The translations under genes were made by a program, and so were the position numbers. The notes under the pieces were generated by a model, which did no database searches, had not been told where the DNA came from, and was given only the letters and a program-made list of their open reading frames with translations. Source: Trichosphaerium sp. ATCC 40318 (Eukaryota; Protista; Tubulinea). Taken from it: 64,000 nt of DNA. Shown piece by piece: positions 11,452 through 23,322 of this stretch (position 1 is its first letter; every line of letters starts with the position of its first letter). The stretch covers positions 1 through 64,000 of the forward strand of contig JALMLS010000596.1 in the NCBI GenBank assembly GCA_038496445.1, given 5' to 3'.

Positions 11452-14110
11452 TTAGGCGTTGTTGCCTTTATTCCATTTATACTTTCTCTTGTACAGCATA
11501 TCCAAGAACATGTAAGGGCAATGCACCTATTGCGGAATAAGCTAGGTGACTAAACAACAATTGTAAACATACTTCGTATCTTTCCTTCTCACCACCAGTT
11601 TTATCACCTTGTTCATCATCTTCGTCATCACTATCCTCCTCTCCTATCCATGTATTCCATAGCAACTGTGCAGACTCTAGTGCTTTCTGTGAAGAATATT
11701 AAATACACAGAAAAACAAGCAGTTTGATGAACAACTTATTATTTGAAAGAAAATCTAACAAGTTGTTTGTTGTGAAATCATACCTCGCCTTTATCATCTG
11801 ATGGATAGTAAACAAGTACATGTACTTTGGCATAATATGCAGCAGCGATTTGAATTAGTGCCATCAACTCACAATCATTGCCATACCTATCAAGACTTGA
11901 ACAATGAAATAAAACTTGCTCGAGTTTTCTTCTCATGATTAAAATAACTTACGGTCCACAACCCCTATTTTCAATTATCAGATTAGAATCAAACTAATAG
12001 TAGTATTACAACGTACCAATTACCAGTGTGTATAATTACACAGAACTCATCATCTTCTTCAGACTCGTCATCAGAGTCATCTTCATTGTCATACCAATCA
12101 TCACTATCATTCATGTCTTCTGTTTTATCTTCTACCTTTTTATCCCCATTGGCGTTCTTTTCTGCCAGTCCAATCTTAGATTCATGAACAGCTACAAACA
12201 TCAAGTTAATGGAAACAAAATCTTGAATGAATGAAAGGGTACCAGATACAAATGATGTGTAAGCAGTACGTAAAGCATACTCAAGCTGCCACTTTTTGTA
12301 CTCTTTTCCCCAATCTCTCTGGCACCCTATTTTACAGTGAATACAATTTTTGTGATAAATATTTCTTCAGGAACCTGGTGCTTCCATGCTAACATAAAAG
12401 GTCAGTTGAATAAAATTATTACAAATATTATTTCCATACCAAATAAGATTAGTCACTGTAGGTCCATTCTTAACTTTGGAAATTCCATCTCTAATTGCCT
12501 TCTTTGATGTCATTCTTCCTAATTTCATGCCATACAGCTTATCTGTATCTATAACACCATGACGTTCAACGCCACTATAAAAAAACAACTCAGTATTTTG
12601 ATAAAAAACAAAATGAATGTACCGAATAAGAATGGGTGTTGGAGATGAAGTTTCTTTTTTGCTGTTTTCGAATTTACGTGTATAAGTATTTAACTGTTTT
12701 GATTCATCATCACCCTCACTAGCTTTTTGAAGTAGCACTAAAGGGAACAAAGTATTAAAAAGAAGCAATAAAGATGAAGCTATGAGTATGGTTCAGCAAA
12801 ACGTACTTTCACGAATTGAAGCAAGAGCTGGATGCTCTGCAACTTGAATCTCGTCTTGAGCAAATAAATATTTTGTACCATAATACTCGAACACATCTGT
12901 GTGTGCGAAGTTGAGGTACCAACTGAAATCATTTGGCTATGTTGTTGAGTAAATTAAATGTACCACTACAGTCTATGTATTGTACGTACTTGTGGCTCCT
13001 AAAAGTGTTTAGCACAAAACAAAAAAAAGTTTTAAGGGTTTTTGATACCTTATCATAGTATGTGAATGCTCCTTCAGTCGATAATATTTCTAAGTAGTGT
13101 TCTTCAGTATCTTCTAAGATATTCGCTTTTCCATTTCCATCTGTGCGATCCACAACTTTTTTAGTGTCATCAACAACCTGAAATAAATCAATAAAAAGAG
13201 TATGATAAGTGCTTGTCTTGTACCTCTTTGCCATCCACTATAAATATATACTCGTGGTTGGCATCTTCATCATCAAGATCTGGTAGCTCTGATACAACTA
13301 CCGCCCAAACATTCTCTACACTTTCAAGTTAGACGAAAAAGAAGACGAGAAAGAGTTTTACGTACCTGTGTGTAACTCAATACACTGAAGATTAATTGGT
13401 CTATCTTTTCGCCACAAATTAAATGTACCAACAACCTGTACTTGTTTTGCTTTGCGTTCAGGGTCATGCCAAACAAACGAAATACCGAATCCTATAAAAT
13501 TCAGTCCATAAAATTAAATTCATAAAATGATTGAAAACACGTGATAAACAGTCAAGATAAGCGCCTTTCTTGTAAAAATATCAAGACTTCAAACGAACGT
13601 TTCGCCCATGGTGCATGTGATAAACAAAAAAAAATTCGAGTTAGTGAATCTTGTGCATTTTTGGCATGAAGCTTATGCAGGTCAAAAGTGTTTGTACCTG
13701 CGTTATCAGGGAACTTTGCGACATCCACTTTCGTAACAACCACTTTTGAAGATGCTGTACCATGTTTAGCATACTCTGCTATTGTTTTATACACAGTTAT
13801 CTTCCTTGAGCCTTTTACTATAGGTGGATACTTTTTAACAAAGCCGCTTGTGTTGAAGGTCCTTCTCACCATAAAGTGCTCTGGATCAATGAGACCTAAC
13901 ATCAACCGATTAATGAAAAAAGAGAAAAACCGCGTTTGTTGTTGTTTTGGCACGTTTTTTGTTTTTAGGTGCCCACGTGCCATATTTGTTTGCACGTTTG
14001 ATATTAGAGCCTTCCTCTATTGATGCGCTATCCCATTTCTCTCGTTGAGCTAGGAAATCGTCATCATCCTCAAAATCAGAAAATTCTTCGTCAGAGCTTT
14101 CGTTTAACAT
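11452..14110 (-). CDS. poly(ADP-ribose) glycohydrolase (PARG)-like macrodomain protein with inserted CBM48/AMPK-beta-type glycogen-binding module
   Basis: WYLNFAHTDVFEYYGTKYLFAQDEIQVAEHP (PARG NFA...QEE-like loop), PTPILIRGVER, ALRTAYTSF, IIHTGNWGCGPYGND..LMALIQIAAA; insert FVWHDPERKAKQVQVVGTFNLW...VWAVVVSELP...HEYIFIVDGK. Confidence 0.8.
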
Positions 14111-14241
14111 GTTTGGTACGCTTTAAAAACTGATTGATAGAACAAAATTGACTTTATATCTTTGTTCCGCTTTATCTGAACGAACAGTGAGCCGGCTCGA
14201 AATCTTAGCTTTTTTTTTTTCAAACAAGAGGCGAGTGCCGT

Positions 14242-14392
14242 CTTGATAAACGAGTTTTGCTAGTAGTTTGTATTGAATGTTTGCACAGGAAACTGCTAGA
14301 GTACTCAAAGCTTGACAAACGAGTTAAGTTAGTATTTTGTATTGAATGATTACACAGTTAACTGCTAACCTATCACAAATTGCTTGATAACT
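14242..14392. repeat. diverged ~69-72 bp tandem repeat, about 2.1 copies
   Basis: cttgataaacgagtt...ttgtattgaatgtttgcacaggaaactgcta at 14242; cttgacaaacgagtt...ttgtattgaatgattacacagttaactgcta at 14311; third start cttgataa at 14383. Confidence 0.8.
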
Positions 14393-14821
14393 CTTAACTA
14401 TGTTCACGCTTTTACCACAAACACCGAGACAAGTCATTCGGGTTCATGTTCTTCCTACCCAACAATTTTGTAACTTTTAACCTCATGTTGATATTTATTA
14501 AGCCCGCTCTTTTATTAATTGTTAACATCTTTACTGATTCATTTCATCTTTACATCTACAGTTACAGTATATTACATCGCTTATTTTTTGAACCAAAAGC
14601 ATCATTGTACTCTGAAGGATCATGGTAGGGCCTATTAATGATACTGGAATATTATCAATAAGTTTAAAAAAAATCTCAATATTGTCACGTGTTTAGCAGA
14701 TGATTCCATGAATTCAACGTTATGAAGCCCTGCCAATTCTTCTACATCTGTTTTACTCACCTGTCTTTGTTTACACAAATCTGATTTATTTCCTACAATA
14801 ATAATCGGCGGTTCACAATTA

Positions 14822-16760
14822 GTCAAACATGAAAAGTGTCCCAAAAATTTTGAACAACAAATGAAGCCCGCACCTAATGAAAAGAGTTCCCAGATCACTC
14901 TTGCTGCCAATGACGTAATAAAAATTTACCACGACAAAAGCGAGGAACCACATGGCTCATTAAACGAAATTTGCACGGAAGTGGCTGCTATCTACGGCGT
15001 AATCCCTAATTCACTACAAAAGAGAGTTCACCGAGCACTTAGACGGGAGAATTTGGGGCACGGAAATTTAATATTTACGAAAACACAAGAAAAAAAACTC
15101 GTGGGGTACTGTACGGCGTTTGATGCGATGCATATGCCTTTATCACTTGAAGAACTACGGAGTACCGCACGTGTTTTGTTTAAAAAAAGACCCCAATCTG
15201 ATATGCGAGGTTGGTTTGATGGGTTCAAGAAACGTTGGTCAGATTTCCTTACTGAGATGACTCCAAAACCAATAAGCTACCAACGCGTTACACCAAAGAC
15301 TTTAGTCCTCACTGGAAAGTTCTGTGACGCCTATGAAGAAATTCAAGAGAGAATCCCAACCATTCCTGAAATTATGATCAACGCTGATGAAAAACTTTTT
15401 GTTTTCAAAAATAACAAGTTTACTCACCATGTGATGGGAGCACGGAGGCGCACTAATCATGGTACAATAGCACTAAGGTCAGGCTTAAATGTGACACTGG
15501 TCCCATTTGTATCAGCTACTGGGAAGGTCCTCCTCACAGTGTACATTATGGCGGCTAGAAAAAATGGAAAGCCAACTCAAAAGGCAAATTTCATGATCCA
15601 CAAAGAACGTAACACTCGTTCATCATGGCCGCGTTACTACTGCTATCACCGCAATGGTTACGTAACAAATGAAATTTGGCCGAAGATTTTGACAGTGTTC
15701 CTTAAAGAAATTTCGAGTTTCAGGGAGATCGAACAGCAATTTTATTTTTGGATCGCTTGTCACCTCACATTAAAAAAGAACACCTTTTACAATGTATGGA
15801 AAAGAATGTGATGACCATGGTATGGCCAGCACATACATCTCATTTTCAACAACCTCTCGATGATAAACCATTTGCGACCTTAGCCAAGACTTTCACAAAA
15901 CTGCATGCACAAGAGAGTAAGCATGCCATAGTGACTAGGAGCCAACAATATTTTAATTTGAGTATTGTTCACAAAGCAGAAAGACAAGCCTTATTACCTC
16001 ATATCATTAAAAGCGCTTGGGAGAGTGTTGGTATATGGCCGTATGATCGTAAAAAAATTTTGGACCGGGCAAAAAAAAATGTTGGTAAAAAAAGTTCAAA
16101 CTCCACTGCGCCAAGTGACCCTGAAGTTGAAGAAGCTGAACTAGTAATGCAACATGTAATTGAATCAAAAATGCCTCCTAGAAAGAAAAGAACAATTTCC
16201 TTCCATATGGGAAAGGAGGATGTATTCGGCACAGAAGGGTTGGTCTATTTTCAAGATGAGTATGATGAAAAAAAAAGGCTTGAAAAAGAAGCTGCAGAAG
16301 TTAACAGATAAAAGCACAAGGCAGCCTCTGTTGCAAAAAAGAAGGAGCAAGAAAGTCGTAAGAAGCAGAGAGCAGAATCCAAACTAAAAAATCAAATTCG
16401 CAAAAAAGAAGAAAGTGCTAAAAAAAAGTACTTCCATCAAATTTACACCTGTCGTGAATGTATGTTAAAGTTGTGGAGAGGTGGCGCAGGGTGGAAGTGG
16501 TGCATCAATTGTGGTACTCACATGGTGTGCCCAAATTGCATCAAATTGTACGCAGCTAAAGTGCGATTTATAACTCATGAGAATGGTTGCTCATATAGAA
16601 GTCGCACGTTGTAGAATATGCGCAGTGGTGTTAATGACGTGTGACGAAAGTTTTAAACTGCTAGATTAAATAGTGTAAAAATAAAAAATAAATTACAAAA
16701 AAAACATGGCATTTTTTTTTGGGACACTTTACATGTTTTGGGACACTTTTCATGTTTGAC
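14822..16760 (+). mobile_element. pogo/Fot1-like (Tc1/mariner superfamily, DDE_1) DNA transposon, ~1.94 kb
   Basis: 25-bp perfect TIRs gtcaaacatgaaaagtgtcccaaaa (14822-14846 / 16736-16760), TA on both flanks, internal transposase, extra gggacacttt subrepeat in the right end. Confidence 0.92.
14861..16614 (+). pseudogene. DDE transposase (CENP-B/Tc5-like HTH + DDE + C-terminal Cys-rich finger), inactivated
   Basis: GWFDGFKKRW (Tc5-like HTH), INADEK, LFLDRLSPH, PAHTSHFQQPLD, CREC...WKWCINCGTHMVCPNC; frameshift ~15720 and in-frame TAA at 16309. Confidence 0.88.
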
Positions 16761-17717
16761 TAAATACACCCTATACAATAATAAATTGATTTTCAAATAC
16801 AAAAGAAATTCCGTCAAAATTGGACTATTCGTTGAGAACTGAAGCTTAATTATGAAGTAGATTGTATGTTTAATAGTTTAAAACTATGATTTAATTCAAG
16901 TATAATAACATGAGACGTGACATCATTGCACATAAGTGTGATTGCATTGAGAAAATAATATTTGCTTTTATCTTCCTTCATTTTGTGTACCTGTCAAAGT
17001 ATTCAAAGAATTTTGGTAGCATGTCAAATGAATGTTTATCTGTAATACTGTACATCACCACAAATCCATCAGCGTAAGTCTGTATCATTCGCTGAAAGAA
17101 ATCTAATTGTTAAATAGCTTACACAGAGGTTTCTTTTACCTGACGATCTCTAACAGCTGCAAACTCGTCTGGTGCAGCTGTATCGAAAATACTCAGTAAA
17201 TATTCACTGTCGCCTTTGTTAACCGTTTTCGAATACCTGGTGTATACGTTGAGATGTGTTACAGATAAAAGTGGGGTGTTTCTATTGATTTCGCCTATTT
17301 TCGTTTAAATACTGTTTTAAAGCGTACACATCTTCTAACGTTGGATCATACACCTCTATAAACCTGTTTGAAATAAATTGTACTGCCGTTAAAGATTTTC
17401 CAACACCCTCGGCCCCAAAAACAGTTATATTGTACCTACGTACGCTCATAGGTTACATTGCATTGATGCAACAACGTTTTGCAAAGTACAAATAAGTCCG
17501 TTAAGGTAGAAATAGCACCTAGAATTCTCTGATTGTATTGAAGCTGAACCACCATAGTTCTACAGTCGTAATCCTCTGGTACCTAAATATCAACCTCGCC
17601 ATGTCAATTCTTATGCAAAACAAGGTACTTGTCAAGAACCCTGCCTTAAATAGATCATTAAGACAATTTTTTTTTTACAAGAGTTTTTTTTATTTTCTTA
17701 TTTTACACGTAAATTAT

Positions 17718-20700
17718 TTAAGTCTCATATTCACCTTCCTCTATGCCATCTTCATCTACTAACAAATCTCTTTGAAGTAAATGAATCATAACAGCAGTGG
17801 TAAGCAAAAGTTGATTCAATTTTTCTTCATTGGCTTCCAAAACATTAAGACAAGCCAAAATCTTCATCTTCATAAAATAAATGAGCAAAGAATTTGCTGT
17901 AGAAAACAAAAACATTCCATGTGGTCCGTTCTGGTCAATAGTCGGTATAACTCGAGAAACAGACTCAGTGATGTTTAGCATAGACGCAATCATTTCTTTT
18001 GGCGTCTCTATCTCTTGCCAGTTCTCAACCTCGTTAATGAGAGCCTCTACAGGCTGCAATGTGCTTTCTGGGATGAAAGGAGGATCAGCTTGTGCATAAG
18101 TCTGCAAATCGGTTAGAGCCTTGTCAAAGAACTCTGTAGCAGTTTCAAGGTTGATTGGATGAATTTGCTTCAAATCTTTCGTAAGATGCTTGAATTGTTC
18201 AACCAAAGCCTTTACTTGCATCATAAGCGCTTCACTCTGGCCAGAGGATATAGCTATAACGCAATCAGACAAAAAAAATTAAGTTTGTAGACTTTACCTT
18301 CTTTGGCTAGTATGATGAACCTCGCTGCTGTCTCGGATACTCGAGCACTGCGTGCAAGAAGTACTTGTTGAGCATCTTGATTTAGAATCAAGTTAGCTCT
18401 GAATTGAGTCAATTTAACGGCCTTAATAATTATAATTAGTCATACTACAACAACCTAGATCACTCGTACTCTATCAACATCATTAAGTAGAGGTAACTTC
18501 TTTTCTTCAAGCTGTTGCGCTGTCATTGTGTTCTGGGCCATAATTCCACGCAAAATAGAAGCAGTTTTACCAGCTGCAGCTTGAGTATGTTGTTGGATGT
18601 TTGTTACCTAGGTAGCACAGTCAACACGACGTCTTTGAACCTACAGAAGCCGACAATCACCAAAAACATACCAACTTTGATTCCAGTGCTTCAAAGCAAG
18701 ACATGTAGAACGACATGCACAGTGATACAAATGGATGACTACGAGATAATACAATATTCCTTGCAAAGATTTAGTTGGTTACAACAGTATCTACGCGTAC
18801 TTTTTTTGAACATTTGTAGGATCGTCCACAAGGTCTTTTGTTGCCTGCACCAATGCTGCTTTTTCATTCTGCAGCTGTATAGCAGCTGTGAGTATTGGTT
18901 TTTGATAGTCCGCAGTAAACTACATAGAAACGTAAGTAAACAACCGTTTAATAGCCAAAACGTACGTCAGCCACCAACGTCTTTACGCTTATAAACATTG
19001 GTTCCAAATCGCTTACCAAGAACGCTAGAGAATCTAAAGGGAAACCCATGAGAATATTGCCAACAACAAGGAGACTCTACATACCATTCAATGCGACTGG
19101 ATCAATATCATCTTCTTGAGTCAACGTATTGAGTAGAAAATGACAAACAGAATCAGCTACATGCGGCATTTGCGCCTGCCAGCAACCATTTATCACACCG
19201 CTTGGATACAAAGCTGTAAAAATAATAAATAAGACAACGAATATCAAACTATGACCGTACAAGCAATACTATGTTCTGCACTAGCCAAAAATGGTGAATC
19301 CGTAGTAGGTGGCGCAATCTGTGGCTCTGGACGCGTTTCCTCAGGTGGAATTTCTTCTACTGCAGGAGCTCCACGACTAGCCTAAAAAATACTTCAACTC
19401 AGGAACTCTCAGCATAAGTATTAGAAAACATACCGTAGATGACCTTCTTTCACTTCTCGGAGGTGGTGGCCTCTTAGGCTCACTAACCGCAGCACGTTGG
19501 GATAATGTCTTTTGTGTAGGCCTTGGCATTGGCCTCTTTTTCAAAGAGTAAGATGGCGCTCCTTTAGGAGGTGCAGGGCGTGTAGCAGGTGCTCCAGAAC
19601 GGGGTATTGCAGGAGTAGGACCTTGTGGCTTTACTGGAGAAACTGCTCCAGCACCTGGTTGTTGTGACCCTGAAGTACCCTCAAACACTTCTGGTGCATG
19701 TTCGATTAACGCTTTAATTATTACGTTGACAACTTCCATTTCACGAACCATCGCCTTAAAACAAAGACATTTAATATATTATAATGTCAGCTATATCTAA
19801 GTACCATAGGGTCAGCGCCACCAGGGTTATGAAGTAAGTTCGGTCCAAGAACTGTAGCTAAATTCGAGGCAGTCATTTTGTTTACCTAAACTAACTTTTA
19901 GTACCAGCATTAAAAAGTCTGTGCTAATATTAATTACCTCCTCATTTTGGTTTATACGCCAACACATTTTCATAATACGAGACAAAGACTCGTAGTTTTC
20001 GATTGGTAGTGATTGCACAGTTGCAGTCAATTTTGGAATAGAAGGTTCACGCTCAGGGCCTAAGAATAACAACCCAATCAGAAAAAAATGAAATAAAAAT
20101 TCCTTTCTACATACCAACAGAAGAGATAAATTCGCTATACTTCGCTGCAGTCAATAGAGGATCCGGTAGTTCCCGGAGATATAATTTAAGAATACCAGAG
20201 ACAATATGAGGGTTCTCTATTTCTGTAAAATCAATATTGCCTGAACTGTCAATTTTTGTCTTCAAATCTTGTAAATCATCTTTTACCTATCAAAAAAACC
20301 GCCAGTGTCAAAACAATACGATAATAACATATACATACCGCTGAAACACGGAAAATCCCTTGAATATCTAAAGCGTTCTCTTCAATCCAAGCACAAGATG
20401 TATCAATTATGGCAGGAACATTTACAGCCTCACGCTGTGCAATAGAACTAAAATCTTGTCCGAAAACTCTAGTATCCTTTTGCTTTGAAAGAACCTCCGA
20501 TGCAGCAACCATCACTTGTTCTTTGTATTGTTCAAACTTTGGCATCAATTGATCACAATATTTTTTTCCTTCGGTGAAAAACGTAGTCAATGATTCAAAC
20601 ACCTCTACCATCTTATTCATCGTTAAAATTTCAGTCTGTTGGTTAGCTGCGATGAGAGAACGTTCTACATCTGCTTCTACAAGTTCAAATTCATGTCTAA

Positions 20701-21711
20701 AACAAGTTAACACGCGAAACAAAAGCAATAAAAAAATGATAATTTTTATAACATCTGGCATGATTTGGGAAGCGTACTTTGCTGATTTCGCTTCTTGGTC
20801 AGCTTCAGAAAGTTTGATAGGATCCTTTTGCTTACGCGACCTACACGTTACGATAAGAAAAAATAATAAAGAGCAGTTTGTGGATGAATAACGCATTTTG
20901 ACATCCAAAAAAAGGCGAGAAGCGATAACTCGTATCACGATAGAACAACATACCTCATACTCCTCAATCTTGTCAAGGCACTGTCGTAACTCTGTAAACT
21001 CTTTGTATATCTCTTTTTCTCCTCCTAGACGAAGAGTAAGACGATAAATTCTCTTTTTTGTGGTTTGTTATGTAGTGTACAATTGCTTCTCTTATTTCTC
21101 TTTCTAGATGATTTTCTAATGCGTTTGGGAGGAATAAGCGTTTGTCCTAACAAAAAACGTCAACTTTTGTTTTTGTTTTTCCCGAGAATAGATGGCTATA
21201 GAAATGGCACAACAAACGCGTAACGCGCAACTATTCGGAGGAGAGCGCCAAAAATGTTGCGTACAAACTTTTCTTTCATCTCTTCTACTTTAGCGCTTAA
21301 ATTACCCATGTCATTTAGGAACGCCACTAGGTAGAATAAGTACAATGTAGATTTTCGCCGCGTTGAAAATACCAAAATGAGTTTTAGTGTTATCTTGCTC
21401 TCCTATCTTGTGGCTGTACTCGAAGTAGAGTCTCGACAAATTTCTTCCTTCTCTTATCGAGTCTTTTCTTGTTAGCCTAATTTTACCTTCTTTACGCACT
21501 CTTGTTATTATTAATCTGTTTGCGAAAGGTTTTAATTATTTCTTTGAGCTGGTGTTTATTTAAGTCCAAGATCTGCAACAGATCAGCAAACGACGGGTTA
21601 AAGCGCCAAAGCTTTATGTACCAGCGATTGTAGAGCCACTGTCTGACTATCTTCAACGCAATCGGTTGTTTTCTTTGCACCAAAGGATGTGTTCCAAAAC
21701 TTCTTACGCAT
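17718..21711 (-). CDS. BAR-domain RhoGAP with Pro-rich linker and C-terminal helical-bundle region
   Basis: VFGQDF..VPAIIDTSCAWIEENALDIQGIFRVSA, LKLYLRELPDPLL, NKMTASNLATVLGPNLL; N-terminal coiled BAR-like exons from ATG 21711. Confidence 0.85.
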
Positions 21712-21941
21712 CTTGCCTCTGTGTTAAGTAGTTCACTGTTTATTTTTGGGGGACATAGCAAAACTGTACATTCCACTTCAAGTCTTTGTGGTTTCGGTAA
21801 AAATATCACCACAAACGAACACTTTACGAAAACGAACAACGAACAAACAACCAAAATATAAGATACTAACTAATCAAAGAACAACTTGTACAAAAAAGAG
21901 GCGTTGAGCAAAGTGCTTTATTTTTTTTTTTGAAGAGACAT

Positions 21942-23233
21942 TTAAGCCATGCCAGCTTCTTTGAGCTTGAGTCGCTCTCTTTCTTTGCGCTCTTCTTCAA
22001 GCTTGGCTTGACGTTTCTTGGATGGAATACCACCTCCAATTTTCTTCATGTGTACCTCAGCGTACTTATCATTGTATTCTTCCCTGCAGTGATCTACAAG
22101 TTGTTTCAATTGAGCTTGGAACTAAAAAAAACAATGATTAGTACGTAATAATAACGTAAGAGTAAGAAGAATAAAAAACAAGTACCTTTGGTGTGACATC
22201 CTTGAGAGCAAGGCATGTAGCGGTCTTCATGCCAACAAAATCTCCGAGACGGGCTTTTCCCTTTACAATACAGTATGGGATACCCTTCTTGTGACAGAGA
22301 GTAGGTAGAGTAAGCACCAACTAAACAGCGCCATCAATATGGGTCATCAGCAAACACACGGAAGCGCGTTGCCTCAAGGTCGGCGCCGCAACGCTTGGGT
22401 GCCATCAAGCGCCACGGAAGGAGGTGTCATTGGCAAATAATTTGCCTAACCAACCTTTAAATGGTCGCTGTGGGTTATGGGCAAAGGAGGACGCGCAACC
22501 GCGGCAAAAAACAAGAAAGTTTTGCATTTCGAGAAATTTGTTTTAAAAAACGCCGCTCATCTACATACCTCGATTGGGTCAACATCGTGGGCAATGACGA
22601 CAAGTTTTGCCTTCTTTTGCTCGACGAGGGAGTAAACGTGGTGGAGACCGAATTGAATGACGGCTTCTTGTGGTTTTTGTTTACCACCTTCTTTTGCGGC
22701 TTCATATCTGGCCTTTTTGCGCTCTTTTCTGTTCAATGGCTGGTGTTCTGCAAGGATTTTGAAAAGAACTTTGGCTAAGCGATGAGGTTAGTGAGAGTCT
22801 ATATTAGCGAGCGTTTTTGAAACGTACAACTTTGTTTGTCCAATGTGTAGTTAAATTGGTTGATTGGTGCTGGAATCTTAATCCTTTTCTTGAGGAGGGC
22901 TTTCCTGCGCTGTCTGCGGATGTACAAAGGCCATTTTACAAACCTTCTCAAATCTCTCTTTGGTTGAAGGTTGTTGCCAATAGAAAAGTCCTTTGGGCGC
23001 GAAACGAACAAGTTTTTGTAGTAACCTCTTTGTCTGACGTTGTTACGAGGCTTCCAGGCTTGGCTTGGTTTTTTTACACCGCCTTCAGCACCTTGCTTAG
23101 CTGGAGCACCGCTCTTTGCACCTTTACCCTTTCCGCTCTAGATCTTGTTAATTTCTTCGCCATAGCAGTAAAGTTGAAAAGCATTGCGCTAGCGTAGACT
23201 GCGCTAAAGAGAAAAGAATTTGGCGCGTACCAT
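21942..23233 (-). CDS. RPL7A: 60S ribosomal protein L7a (eL8)
   Basis: ATG|intron|SGKGKG..., [30 protein letters not shown]|[26 protein letters not shown]. Confidence 0.97.
22357..22502 (-). ncRNA. candidate structured intronic RNA / cis-regulatory element in RPL7A intron (22321-22568)
   Basis: GC-rich island in an AT-rich intron; closing stem gcgcgtcctc/gaggcaacgcgc encloses two hairpins; family not recognised. Confidence 0.55.
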
Positions 23234-23322
23234 TTGTGATAACTTGATGTACCTGTGACAAAGAAAAAAGTGATAAGGCTCCAAAGTATGAAAGTCAAAC
23301 TAATTAGCCCTAAAATTTTTTT

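Larger units (their letters stand above)
14562..17449 (-). pseudogene. Ras-family small GTPase interrupted by a DNA transposon
   Basis: GAEGVGKS, YDPTLED, DTAAPDEF, IVGNKSDL, FMESSAK, C-terminal CAAX (CNIL*); last exon split by the element at 14822-16760, plus single-base frameshifts. Confidence 0.85.

Noticed and set aside
14242-14392. CRISPR-like repeat-spacer reading of the 69-bp repeat
   Set aside because: Whole unit is duplicated with divergence, only two copies, eukaryotic context, no cas genes
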